A stretch of 32,000 nt of DNA from Synechococcus elongatus PCC 6301 (GCF_000010065.1 NC_006576.1:810001-842000); one strand, 5' to 3'. Counted from the first letter of the stretch, positions 10,191-19,822 are shown. A program made the numbers and translations. Notes: a model not told the origin generated them from the sequence alone.

Positions 10191-11030
10191 TTAATGTTTT
10201 TGGAGCCAGCGATTTAAATCAGCGACAGTCTCAAAGTCGAGCCAATCAAGACTCAAGGCTTCGATCGCCTCCAATGACAGCGATCGAATCTGCTGCTCCT
10301 GCTCTTCCGTTAAGTTCTCAAATCGCCGCTGCAGCTGCCTCAAGACCAGAGCCAGCTCACCTTCTTGGCGTCCCTTTTTCTCACCTTCTTCCACCGCGCT
10401 TTGATAGAGGCGGGTTTGTTTTAAGTCGGAGACTTCAATACCGAGCATTTGATGAATCTCCTCAATCTCAAGCTGAGGCAACTTACTTGCCACTATAGCC
10501 TCCACCAGTTCGAGTAGCTGCTCAAACGCATCCTCATCCTCTGCTGACAACAACACCGCTCTCGCCGTCTCTCCTATCGCTGCCACTGGTACGACCAATA
10601 GCTTCAGCAACTGCAATCGCACTGAATTCAGCGATCGCCCGATCAAATCCTCTAGATACAGCCGCTGCACTCGTCCCTGCAGCAGTTCCGTAAAACTCGA
10701 CTCTTCACCTAAGTCCAGCGATCGCGCCCTGATCAGCAATAGCCCTCTCCAATTGGCTGCCTCGGGATACTGACGGATGTAACCAAATAACTCTGCAAAG
10801 TAGCGACTGTAAAAGCCGCGATCGCTCTGCATCTGCGCTTCTAAAAACACTGTTGGATAGCCGCTTCCTTCTTCGATCGGCTCCAGCAATCCATCTAGCC
10901 GAAACTCTTGCGCCTTCACCACCGGTGCCGAAAACCGGTACTTTGCCTCGGGCGGAATACCCTCCACCAGTTCCGTCACCAAATCGGGCAGTGTCGCAAA
11001 AATTGCGTAAAACAGCTTGTCTGTCTTCAT
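10191..11030 (-). CDS. DUF2887 / DUF4351 PD-(D/E)XK-type (Rpn-like) family protein
   Basis: MKTDKLFYAIFATLPDLVTELV...EFRLDGLLEP...PTVFLEAQMQSDRGFYSRYFAELFGYIRQY, with C-terminal RQLQRRFENLTEEQEQQIRSLSLEAIEALSLDWLDF. Start moved to MKTDKLFY. Confidence 0.8.
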   Translation of the reverse strand: MKTDKLFYAIFATLPDLVTELVEGIPPEAKYRFSAPVVKAQEFRLDGLLEPIEEGSGYPTVFLEAQMQSDRGFYSRYFAELFGYIRQYPEAANWRGLLLIRARSLDLGEESSFTELLQGRVQRLYLEDLIGRSLNSVRLQLLKLLVVPVAAIGETARAVLLSAEDEDAFEQLLELVEAIVASKLPQLEIEEIHQMLGIEVSDLKQTRLYQSAVEEGEKKGRQEGELALVLRQLQRRFENLTEEQEQQIRSLSLEAIEALSLDWLDFETVADLNRWLQKH

Positions 11031-11043
11031 CTCAGCCAGGGTA

Positions 11044-11775
11044 TCAGTCCAGCGATCGCGTTGCAGCGACGGCCTGAGCCAGGCTGAGGGCCACAATCGG
11101 CGCGGTCACCGCTCGCAAAATTGATGACCCAAGGGAAACCGGCGTCCATCCGACAGCGATCGCTTGCTCAATCTCGGCGTCACTCCAGCCGCCTTCGGGA
11201 CCAATTGCGATCGCGAGATCCGTCCAAGCCGGTTGGGCTTGCAGCCAAGGCAGTAAGTTTGGCAGCGATCGCCGTGCCAAGCAGATACAGCGCAGTGAAT
11301 CTGCGGGGATTTGAGCGATCGCTTCTGACCACAAACGGATCGGTTCAAGCTGCGGGAGGTAGAGGCGTTCTGATTGTTCGCTGGCCTCGATCGCAATCTT
11401 GCGCCAGCGATCAGTTTTCTGCGCTTCTGGTCGCACCTGACTGCGATCGCTAATCACCGGCTGAATCGTGGTCACGCCCAACTCGGTTGCCTGACGAATC
11501 ACCTCATCGAAGCCCTGTTTAGGCAGGGATTGGATCAGCGTCAGTCTTGGTTGAGCAGGCGGCAGGACTGGCACAGCTCCTACGGGGAAAAGCTGATCGC
11601 GATCGCCCAATTCTGCCGTCCACAAGCCGCCTTGCCCGTCGATCACGGCACAGCGATCGCCTGGTTTGAGGCGCAAAACCCGCTGCAAGTAATGACGTTG
11701 ATCCGCCGTTAACGACCAGCGATCGCCCTGCAATTGTTCGGGTGGCAGCCAGAGCCGTCGCAGTTCCCGCGCCAT
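11044..11775 (-). CDS. rsmE: 16S rRNA (uracil1498-N3)-methyltransferase
   Basis: HYLQRVLRLKPGD, QSLPKQGFDEVIRQATELGVTTIQPV, RWRKIAIEASEQSERLYLP, AIGPEGGWSDAEIEQA, VSLGSSILRAVTA. Confidence 0.93.
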   Translation of the reverse strand: MARELRRLWLPPEQLQGDRWSLTADQRHYLQRVLRLKPGDRCAVIDGQGGLWTAELGDRDQLFPVGAVPVLPPAQPRLTLIQSLPKQGFDEVIRQATELGVTTIQPVISDRSQVRPEAQKTDRWRKIAIEASEQSERLYLPQLEPIRLWSEAIAQIPADSLRCICLARRSLPNLLPWLQAQPAWTDLAIAIGPEGGWSDAEIEQAIAVGWTPVSLGSSILRAVTAPIVALSLAQAVAATRSLD

Positions 11776-12524
11776 CAGCCCACCGGCAGCGGTTGCAACT
11801 CACCCAAGCTGGGTTTGAAGATGCTGGTTTTTAGCCCTGCGGCGCTGAGTTGCGCTTCCAGTTCCGCCTGACTGCCGGAGCCGCGAATGATCTTGTTGAG
11901 AATGCCTTTGGACTCGATATCGCCGCCCGTAGCCGTTGGCAATAGGACTTGGAGTTGCAGCCGTTGTGCTAATTCCAGAGCTGTTTTGGCGCCTTGGATG
12001 ATCGGCCCTGCCAGCGGCAAGTCTAGGCTTTCGATTGGGGCGATCGCAGCAGTCACAGGGCCAGTCACGCTAGGGTCATGAAAACCGTGCGGCTCGTAGT
12101 AGAGGCTTTGTCCCGACTGGCGATCGCGAAGTAGGTAGCCGTTTTCGACTTGCGGGACGGGTGCGCCCTTGGTGGCTTGTAGTTCTAGATTGCCGATCGT
12201 GACGCTCTCACCCGGACTCAGCACCGTGACTTGGCTAAAGCCCAGCTTGCGAGCGACTTTGGCCGCTGCGGGTGACGCAAAGACAGGAATGCTGCGATCG
12301 AGCTGTTCTAGGGTCGGCACATGGGCATGATCCGGCAGACCTTGGGACAAAATCAGAGCATCGATCGCCTCAGGAATCGTCCACTGGTTCTTGTGGCGAG
12401 CTTCAAAAAACCACGCCTGATTACCAAAGCTGAGCGGCCCCACCAACCACGGATCAATCAGCAGGCGCAGACCCGCCCATTGCACTAGCCAGCTGTTGGC
12501 ACCGTAATAACAGACTTCCATCAC
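11775..12524 (-). CDS. MBL-fold metallo-hydrolase-like protein
   Basis: [27 protein letters not shown]...[20 protein letters not shown]...YYEPHGFHD. Confidence 0.78.
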   Translation of the reverse strand: MMEVCYYGANSWLVQWAGLRLLIDPWLVGPLSFGNQAWFFEARHKNQWTIPEAIDALILSQGLPDHAHVPTLEQLDRSIPVFASPAAAKVARKLGFSQVTVLSPGESVTIGNLELQATKGAPVPQVENGYLLRDRQSGQSLYYEPHGFHDPSVTGPVTAAIAPIESLDLPLAGPIIQGAKTALELAQRLQLQVLLPTATGGDIESKGILNKIIRGSGSQAELEAQLSAAGLKTSIFKPSLGELQPLPVG

Positions 12525-13582
12525 ACCGTTTCCAGTTGAAGAGCACGCTGACGACGATTGTGCGCGAGGGCGATCGCTAATTCCAGCGCCGCCAGAAAAC
12601 TCTCAGGTCGCGCCATGCCTTGACCCGCGATATCGAAAGCCGTGCCGTGATCCGGCGAAGTCCGCACAAACGGCAAGCCAATCGTCGTATTAACTGCGCG
12701 ATCGAAGGCTAACAGCTTTACAGGGATCAAACCTTGGTCGTGATAGAGCGCCAGATAAGCATCCGGCGCAGCCACGCCCGCTCGCTGCCAAGCCTGCCCC
12801 GCTGAAAGCCAGAGCGTATCGGGCGGTTGGGGCCCCTGTAGCTGGACTTGCGGAAAGCGATCGCGCATCGATGCTAGCCACGGGATTAGCCAATCCTGTT
12901 CCTCACGTCCGAGGCGGCCTTGCTCGCCGCTGTGGGGATTGAGTCCTGCGATCGCGATCGTCGGTCGATCAATCCCGAAATCCTGCCGCAGACAGTCGAT
13001 CAAGAGGCTGAGTTTCTGGGTCAGCAACTCGGGGCTAAGGACATGAGGGACGTCCCGCAGCGGAATATGCGTTGTCGCCAACAGGGTGCGGAGTTCCCAG
13101 CCCGTCTGGGGCGATCGCGCCACAAACAACATCCCTGATCGCGAGACTTGAGCAGCCTCAGCCAGCACCTCTGTTTGCCCCGGATAGCCATGCCCCGCCA
13201 GTTGCCAAGCTGCCTTGGCGATGGGCGCCGTAACGATCGCTTCAAACTGTCCTTCTAGCGTCCCTGCGATCGCGCTTTCCAACGCTCGAAAGCTGACTTC
13301 GCCGCTCTCGGCTGTGATCTCGCCAGTCTGAATGTCCGTTGGAGGATCTGCCGTCGTCCGTTGAGCAAAGTCAGCAGGATCTGCTACCTCAGTCCGCGAT
13401 CGCAGATTTTGATAACAGGTCTGCCAGCAGAGCGGACTACCGACCAAGGTGATCTCGGTATGCTGAAGAAGGCCTTGAGACTGGGCGATCGCCAGCGCTT
13501 TGAGCGCCACTTCGGGACCAATCCCGGCAGGATCCCCCAAGCTGATAGCCACCTGCAGCGGTGAAAGTGACGGCGAAAGCAT
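12521..13582 (-). CDS. pdxA: 4-hydroxythreonine-4-phosphate dehydrogenase
   Basis: [90 protein letters not shown]. Confidence 0.95.
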   Translation of the reverse strand: MLSPSLSPLQVAISLGDPAGIGPEVALKALAIAQSQGLLQHTEITLVGSPLCWQTCYQNLRSRTEVADPADFAQRTTADPPTDIQTGEITAESGEVSFRALESAIAGTLEGQFEAIVTAPIAKAAWQLAGHGYPGQTEVLAEAAQVSRSGMLFVARSPQTGWELRTLLATTHIPLRDVPHVLSPELLTQKLSLLIDCLRQDFGIDRPTIAIAGLNPHSGEQGRLGREEQDWLIPWLASMRDRFPQVQLQGPQPPDTLWLSAGQAWQRAGVAAPDAYLALYHDQGLIPVKLLAFDRAVNTTIGLPFVRTSPDHGTAFDIAGQGMARPESFLAALELAIALAHNRRQRALQLETV

Positions 13583-14363
13583 GGGGCGCTACCTAAAAAT
13601 TCTGGCGCTGTTCTGGAGCACCGCGATCGCGGCGGAACTGGAATACCGTCTCAATTTTCTCCTCGCCAGCTTCAGTAGTTTGGGTGGTTTGGCGGGCAGC
13701 TTATTTGGCCTCTTCCTCTTCTATCGTACGGGCTACCGCTTTCAGGGTTGGTCTTGGCCAGAAGCACAGCTCGTATTGGGCATCTTCACGCTCTTGCAAG
13801 GCGCTTCGGCCACACTGTTTGTGCCCAACCTCAACAAAATCGTCGAGCAAGTCCAGCAAGGCACCTTAGATTTCGTGCTGCTTAAGCCCGTCAGCTCGCA
13901 ATTTTGGCTCTCGACCCGCAGCCTTTCGCCTTGGGGCATCCCTGACTTTCTCTTTGGACTGGTGCTGATTGGCTATGCCGGTCAACAGTTGGGGTTGTCG
14001 CTGCTCGATTATTTGCAAGGCATTTTGCCGCTGGCCTGTAGCTTGGTGATTCTCTACAGCCTTTGGTTCATGATGGGGTCGCTCAGCATTTGGTTCGTCA
14101 AAATCTACAACGTCACCGAGGTTCTGCGCGGGCTGGTGGAAGCGGGACGCTATCCGATCAGTGCCTATCCCGCAGGCTTCCGAATCTTTTTCACCTTCGT
14201 TGTGCCGGTTGCCTTTCTCACGACCTTTCCCGCCGAAGCCGCCCTCGATCGCCGCCCGTTATTTTGGCTCTCTGGCGCAGCTTTCCTCGCGATCGCCTTG
14301 CTCTGGCTCTCTAATCGCTTTTGGCGCTTTGCCCTGCGCTTCTACACCAGCGCCTCCAGCTAA
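13581..14363 (+). CDS. ABC-2 type permease (DUF990-like)
   Basis: [48 protein letters not shown]..., several TM segments, [19 protein letters not shown]. The track start at 13500 lies inside pdxA. Confidence 0.83.
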   Translation: MGRYLKILALFWSTAIAAELEYRLNFLLASFSSLGGLAGSLFGLFLFYRTGYRFQGWSWPEAQLVLGIFTLLQGASATLFVPNLNKIVEQVQQGTLDFVLLKPVSSQFWLSTRSLSPWGIPDFLFGLVLIGYAGQQLGLSLLDYLQGILPLACSLVILYSLWFMMGSLSIWFVKIYNVTEVLRGLVEAGRYPISAYPAGFRIFFTFVVPVAFLTTFPAEAALDRRPLFWLSGAAFLAIALLWLSNRFWRFALRFYTSASS

Positions 14364-14365
14364 AT

Positions 14366-14953
14366 TCAGGTCGGATTAGAACTGGCTACGATCGCCTGAA
14401 TCCCGGTTTGGAGCGTGTCAAAACAGGGCTGGAGTTGGGCCTGCACTTCTGGTGGAAATCTTTTTAAGGCAACGCCTAATAAGGTTTCGATCGCCTGTTG
14501 CATGGCTGCGATCGGCACTTCCAATTCTTCGTAAACGACGGCTAAAGCTTCAAAGCCCGCAGGCGTGGCGTAGTCGGCCCGTCCTGCTGCAACCCCGTAA
14601 CTGAGACAACGCAAAAACTGCCAACAATCGCGCCAGCAAGACTGCGATCGCGCCTCGGGGTAGAGCGCCCCACCCAGTTCGGTAATGCCGGGAAAGCGAT
14701 CGAGCAAATCAGCACGGGCGATCGCGATTAATTCGTCGGCATCATCGCGCAGAAACCGGGCTGCCGTCGGGTTGGCATTAGGGAGGCAGGCTAAAGCGAT
14801 CGCGACCAAATCCGCATCGGTCAAAAAGCGCTGCTCCTCCTCAGCCGCTTGGAAGCGCGTCAGCAGTTCCGCCGGAATCTCGGTCTGCCATGCCTGAAAA
14901 GTCGTCAGGCGAGCTTGGGGCAACAGTTGGCGGGCGCGATCGCTGAGGGGCAC
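14366..14953 (-). CDS. Divergent phycobilisome-domain (phycobiliprotein-superfamily) protein
   Basis: PGITELGGALYPEARSQSCWRDCWQFLRCLSYGVAAG...FEALAVVYEELEVPIAAMQQAIETL follows the phycobiliprotein helix pattern. Confidence 0.7.
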   Translation of the reverse strand: MPLSDRARQLLPQARLTTFQAWQTEIPAELLTRFQAAEEEQRFLTDADLVAIALACLPNANPTAARFLRDDADELIAIARADLLDRFPGITELGGALYPEARSQSCWRDCWQFLRCLSYGVAAGRADYATPAGFEALAVVYEELEVPIAAMQQAIETLLGVALKRFPPEVQAQLQPCFDTLQTGIQAIVASSNPT

Positions 14954-15057
14954 GACAGTTTCTGCGAAAAGCGGCTTTCTCAGCCTAAAACGCGCAACGC
15001 CCGACCGGAGCCGAGCGTTAGCGATCGCTGTCAGAGCAGCATTAGTTCAGGTGCAAT

Positions 15058-15663
15058 CTAAGCGATCGCAGCTGCGTAGTTGGCAGAGGCGAAGTCCCAG
15101 TTCGCCAGCTTCTCAACGAAGGTGCTGATGTAGTCGGGACGACGGTTTTGGTAGTCGAGGTAGTAAGCGTGTTCCCAGACATCGATGGTCAGTAGCGGGG
15201 TTTGACCATGGGCAATCGGGGTGTCGGCGTTGCCGGTTTTGGTGATTTTGAGGGTGCCATTGTCCAGCACCAACCAAGCCCAGCCGCTGCCGAACTGGGT
15301 TGCTGCGGCTTGTTTGAACTCGGTCACGAAGTTCTCGAAACTGCCGAAGTCAGCGGCGATTTTGTCGGCCAACGCGCCGGTGGGAGCGCCACCGCCATTG
15401 GGCTTGATCGAGTTCCAGTAAAAGCTGTGGTTCCAAGCTTGAGCCGCATTGTTGAACAGACCGGCTTTGCTAGCGTCACCCGCGATCGCTTTGATCACGG
15501 CTTCGATCGGCTGGCCATCGAGGTCGGTGTCTTCGACGGCGTTGTTGTAGTTATTGATGTAGGCCGCGTGGTGCTTATCGTGGTGGAACTCCAGCGTTTC
15601 CTTGGTGATGTAAGGCGCCAGTGCCGTGTAGTCAAAGGGCAATGCTGGCAATTCGTAGGACAC
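15058..15663 (-). CDS. sodB: Superoxide dismutase, Fe-type
   Basis: GTG start giving VSYELPALPFDYTALAPYITKETLEFHHDKHHAAYINN, AQAWNHSFYW, GSGWAWLV, LTIDVWEHAYYLDYQNRRPDYI. The track's upstream extension lacks family character. Confidence 0.95.
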   Translation of the reverse strand: MSYELPALPFDYTALAPYITKETLEFHHDKHHAAYINNYNNAVEDTDLDGQPIEAVIKAIAGDASKAGLFNNAAQAWNHSFYWNSIKPNGGGAPTGALADKIAADFGSFENFVTEFKQAAATQFGSGWAWLVLDNGTLKITKTGNADTPIAHGQTPLLTIDVWEHAYYLDYQNRRPDYISTFVEKLANWDFASANYAAAIA

Positions 15664-15821
15664 GCAGTGTGTTCCCTTGAGCAGGTTGTCTTTACCTAGA
15701 TTAATAAAAACCGGACGCTTCCCTCGTCTGAGCGTCTCCTGCAGCACAAGCCACCCGAGATTGACTAAGGTCGCTTCCGCTATCTGAGATAGTTGAACCT
15801 GCAGATTGTGAGCTGAGCCCC

Positions 15822-16415
15822 ATGACCCACGCCACCGACGTGCTGACGCTAGCCCGCTGGCTGGCTGCCGACTTCAGCAATCAAGCCCAAGCCTTCGAAA
15901 ATCCGCCTTTCTTCGCCCATATCCGTGTCTGTATGCGGCCGCTGGCGCTGGAGGTTCTGGATGGCCTCAGCCTCTACGTGGAGCAAGCCTACGACCTCGA
16001 CGTCAATCAGCCCTATCGCGCCCGTGTCTTGAAATTGGTACCTGCGGGCGACCACATCGAAATTGAGAACTTCCGGGTCATTGATGGCGAGGACTTGTTT
16101 GGGGCGTCCCGCGATCGCGATCGCCTGGCCAAATTGACACGCGATCGCCTCGAGAAACTACCGGGCTGCACCCTCATCACCCATTGGACGGGGAATGGCT
16201 TCAAAGGCGTCGTAGAACCCGGCAAGGGCTGCATTGTTGAGCGCAAGGGCCAGGCGACTTATCTCGAAAGCGAATTTGAAATCGACGACGAGAAGATGAT
16301 CAGCCTCGATCGCGGCCGTCATCCTGAAACCGATGAACAGGTTTGGGGATCGGTGGCGGGGCCATTTCACTTCCTGCGCTGGCACAGTTTTGCCGACGAA
16401 GTGCCCACCCCGTAA
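15822..16415 (+). CDS. cpcT: CpcT/CpeT-family chromophore (bilin) lyase
   Basis: LARWLAADFSNQAQAFENPPFFAHIRVCMRPLAL...LYVEQAYDLDVNQPYRARVLKL...GCTLITHWTGNGFKGVVEPGKGC. Confidence 0.88.
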   Translation: MTHATDVLTLARWLAADFSNQAQAFENPPFFAHIRVCMRPLALEVLDGLSLYVEQAYDLDVNQPYRARVLKLVPAGDHIEIENFRVIDGEDLFGASRDRDRLAKLTRDRLEKLPGCTLITHWTGNGFKGVVEPGKGCIVERKGQATYLESEFEIDDEKMISLDRGRHPETDEQVWGSVAGPFHFLRWHSFADEVPTP

Positions 16416-16479
16416 CAGCCACTGAATCCGAGTCCTGATCAGACCTCGCTATGGTGGTAGAGGTCTTGGGTCTTTCGCC

Positions 16480-18342
16480 GTGGCTATGGCCGATCGCATT
16501 CTTTACGTCCGTCTTCCCTGCAATCCGATCTTCCCGATCGGCGTGGTCTATCTCGCGGATCACGTCCACAAGCAGTTTCCGGCGATCGAGCAGCAGATCT
16601 TTGACCTCGGAACGGTGCCGCCGCTGGACTATAAACCCGCGCTCGATCGGGCGATCGACCAGTTCCAACCGACGCTGCTGGTCTTCTCCTGGCGAGATAT
16701 TCAGATCTACGCACCGGTGGGCGGTCGTGGTGGGAATCCACTCCAAAACTCGTTTGAGTTCTACTACGGTCGTAATCCGCTGATTCGGCTGCGGGGTGCT
16801 CTCGGGGGCTTCCAAGTCGTCAGCGCCTACTACACGGAACTTTGGCGCAATCTCGGGCTGATTAAACGGGCGCAGAAACGCGCTCAGCGCTACTGTCCGG
16901 AGGTGCGGACGGTCGTCGGTGGTGGTGCGGTCAGTGTCTTCTACGAGCAGCTTGGCGACAAACTCGCTAAGGGCACAATCGTTTCGGTCGGCGAAGGCGA
17001 AACCCTGCTGGAAAAACTGCTGCGGGGCGAATCGATTGCTAATGAACGCTGCTACGTGGCCGGTGCCGAAAAACCGCGATCGCGACTGATCCACGAGCAA
17101 CCGACGCCGCTAATTAAAACGGCCTGCAACTACGACTACATCGAGTCGATTTGGCCAGCATTTGGTTACTACTTGGCGGACGGCGACTTTTACATCGGCG
17201 TTCAGACCAAACGTGGCTGCCCCCATAACTGTTGTTACTGCGTCTATACGGTTGTCGAAGGCAAGCAAGTTCGCGTCAATCCGGCTGCGGAAGTCGTGGC
17301 GGAAATGCGCCAGCTCTACGATCGCGGCGTGCGCAACTTCTGGTTTACGGATGCGCAATTCATTCCAGCACGCCGCTACATCGAAGATGCCAAAGTACTC
17401 CTGCGTGAAATTCTAGCGGCAGGTCTAACCGATATTCACTGGGCGGCCTACATCCGCGCCGACAATCTCGACCCTGAGCTGGCCGAGCTGATGGTGCAAA
17501 CCGGCATGAACTACTTCGAGATTGGCATCACCAGCGGGTCACAAGAACTCGTTCGCAAAATGCGGATGGGCTATAACTTGCGCACCGTTTTGGAAAATTG
17601 CCGAGCGCTGAAGGCGGCTGGTTTCAACGATTTAGTGTCGGTCAACTACTCGTTCAATGTCATTGATGAGCGAGAGGAAACGATTCGCCAAACGATCGCC
17701 TATCACCGCGAATTAGAGGCGATTTTTGGGGCAGACAAAGTTGAACCTGCGATCTTTTTCATCGGCCTCCAACCGCACACTCATCTTGAAGATTACGCCT
17801 TTGAGCAAGGGGTGCTGAAGCGGGATTACAACCCGATGAGCATGATGCCTTGGACAGCGAAAAAGCTGCTCTGGAATCCGGAACCCATGGGCTCATTCTT
17901 TGGTGAAGTCTGTCTCGAAGCCTTCCAGCGCAATCCCTACGACTTTGGTCGCGAGGTGATGCAGTTGCTGGAGAACCGACTGGGGCGATCGCCTCTGGCA
18001 GAAGCTTTTACCCCTCCAGTCCCGGAGTCTGCGCCGCGATCGCTGGCTTCTGTGTCTTACCAATCGTGGGTCAGCGCATTCTTGGGCTCGATCCGGGGTT
18101 GGCGATCGTGGGGTTCGGAGCGCTGCTCTGCCCTGACTCACGCCAAGGCAGTCTGGAACTACTGGACTTCGGCGTCATTTCAACGCCGGCTGGCGCAGAG
18201 ATTGGCGATCGCCTCGAAACGATCTATCAGGATCTGCATCAGCTCATTGATCTGGTGCAGCCGGATGCAGTCGCCGTCGAAAAGCTGTTCTTCTACCGCA
18301 TGGGCAACACGATCGCGGTTGCACAAGCCCGAGGAGTGCTGA
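16480..18342 (+). CDS. B12-binding/radical SAM domain protein; C-terminal roughly 92 codons overlap ruvC out of frame
   Basis: [21 protein letters not shown] (CxxxCxxC-type cluster motif) and N-terminal B12-binding-like region; [25 protein letters not shown] at 16480 or ATG at 16486. Confidence 0.85.
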
Positions 18343-18551
18343 TGTTGGTTTTACGGCAGCGCCGCTTGCCTTACTGTGAGTTCACGCCAGCCCAGGTCAA
18401 ACAAGCCCTTACGGGTTATGGTAATGCCCCCAAGTTAGCCGTCCAACAAGCGGTTCAACGGGAATTACAGCTAGACGCAATTCCGCGTCCTGATGACGCG
18501 GCCGATGCCGTGGCGCTCGCCTTGACCGCTTGGTTTCAGCAACTGGCCTAG
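18066..18551 (+). CDS. ruvC: Holliday junction endonuclease RuvC
   Basis: [77 protein letters not shown]; GTG start at 18066. Confidence 0.95.
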
Positions 18552-18599
18552 TTTTGCTTGGCAATGCTGACGCCAGAGCCACAAACCCCTGCTGATGCT

Positions 18600-18860
18600 C
18601 TAAGCCACGCCAACTTGCAGCGGCACACTCATCGCTTCCAGTCCCCACTCCGCTTCAGTCAGCGGCAAGACAGAGGGGCTTTTGTGGACCAGCGCCGCAG
18701 CCGGCTCTGAAAATAGTTGACTACTAGAGCGGCGGGCTGGCCAGTCGCTGCCAACGGTGACGTGCAGAAGTTGACATTCGCCGGCCCAGCGACGGTCAGC
18801 TGAGTAGAACTGGCAGTACCGACAGGTTATGGGGAAGGGGGCCATTGCGATCGCACTCAC
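18600..18860 (-). CDS. Small Cys-containing hypothetical protein
   Basis: ITCRYCQFYSADRRWAGECQLLHVTVGSDW; CxxC plus a later Cys. Confidence 0.55.
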   Translation of the reverse strand: MSAIAMAPFPITCRYCQFYSADRRWAGECQLLHVTVGSDWPARRSSSQLFSEPAAALVHKSPSVLPLTEAEWGLEAMSVPLQVGVA

Positions 18861-19149
18861 GAATCACGAGCCTATGATCCCAAAGTCATTCTTAACTTTC
18901 AGGGGGACTGAACGCCCTAAACATGAATAGCCGTCAGTGTTTAGACGGATTATTTTCTGAGAAACAGCTTAAGAATCTTTTCGTGAATTTGTTACATCTG
19001 GAAATTTATCTGGTGGCAATTTAGACGTAAACAACAGAGTTTTGAGGACTTTAAGGTCGGGGATCAAGAAAAACAGAGCAGAACAGGTAAATGAGTGACC
19101 TGTTACTAGGGCCAGCTCTCGGGAGCGCAGAATTAAAATTCTGAGAATT

Positions 19150-19695
19150 CTAGCCCGTGGGGGACGACCACTGTTGGCGAATGCAGAGTGCACAGCAGCG
19201 CCAGCGTTGCAATTCTCCCGGTGGGGTGGGAATGCCACAGCGTGGACAGCGTGGTAAGCGACGGCTGAGGTCTCGGCGTCGCTGCAGTGGATCACTGGCG
19301 ATCGCTGGGTTCAGCGTCTCGCCCCAGCGGCAGGGATGAGCTTGCCAGGATTGCCGCTGGCGATCGGATTCGAGGGGGGCCGTCACTGTGCGGCGATCAC
19401 GATAGGCCGTTGAAAAGCGGATGTCCTTAATTTCCTGCGGTTTAATCTTCAATTCCTGACGCAGGCGCTGCAGCAGCCGGAGGCGTTCAAAGCTGAGGGT
19501 TTGAGCCCAAGCCCCTGAACTCACGGCAACTTGCAGGGTTTGCCGCTGAATTGCGACAGGTTCAGCTTGTGCAGCGATCGCCGGCCCCACCAGACCAGAC
19601 CAGCGCTGTTGAATTTGGCGCAGGGTGCGATCTTGCTGCCAGCGCGGATCTTGCTGTAACTGCCGGAGCAGCTGTTCGAGCGATCGGGGTTGCAT
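19150..19695 (-). CDS. DUF721 (DciA-like) protein with C-terminal zinc-ribbon-like motif
   Basis: QIQQRWSGLVGPAIAAQAEPVAIQRQTLQVAVSSGAWAQTLSFERLRLLQRL; C-terminal CPRCGIPTPPGELQRWRCCALC. Confidence 0.8.
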   Translation of the reverse strand: MQPRSLEQLLRQLQQDPRWQQDRTLRQIQQRWSGLVGPAIAAQAEPVAIQRQTLQVAVSSGAWAQTLSFERLRLLQRLRQELKIKPQEIKDIRFSTAYRDRRTVTAPLESDRQRQSWQAHPCRWGETLNPAIASDPLQRRRDLSRRLPRCPRCGIPTPPGELQRWRCCALCIRQQWSSPTG

Positions 19696-19822
19696 GACCA
19701 GACCTTACGCCAGAGAAAACCAACAAGGACTCAGTGTGAAAACAGCCATTCACAGCAACAAGCGGTTGGCGTTGGCTGCTCAGCCGCTACACTAACGAGC
19801 GCGTTGGCTCTCTCTAATTGTT

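Noticed and set aside
13500-13580. N-terminal extension of the ABC permease ORF
   Set aside because: Residues [27 protein letters not shown] lie antisense to pdxA and the family-like protein begins at [10 protein letters not shown] (13581).
15664-15747. N-terminal extension of the superoxide dismutase ORF
   Set aside because: Fe-SOD similarity begins at the GTG giving (V/M)SYELPALPFDY; the upstream residues look like untranslated leader.
18409-18648. Minus-strand 79-aa ORF overlapping the end of ruvC
   Set aside because: Mostly antisense to ruvC, low-quality composition, no motif.
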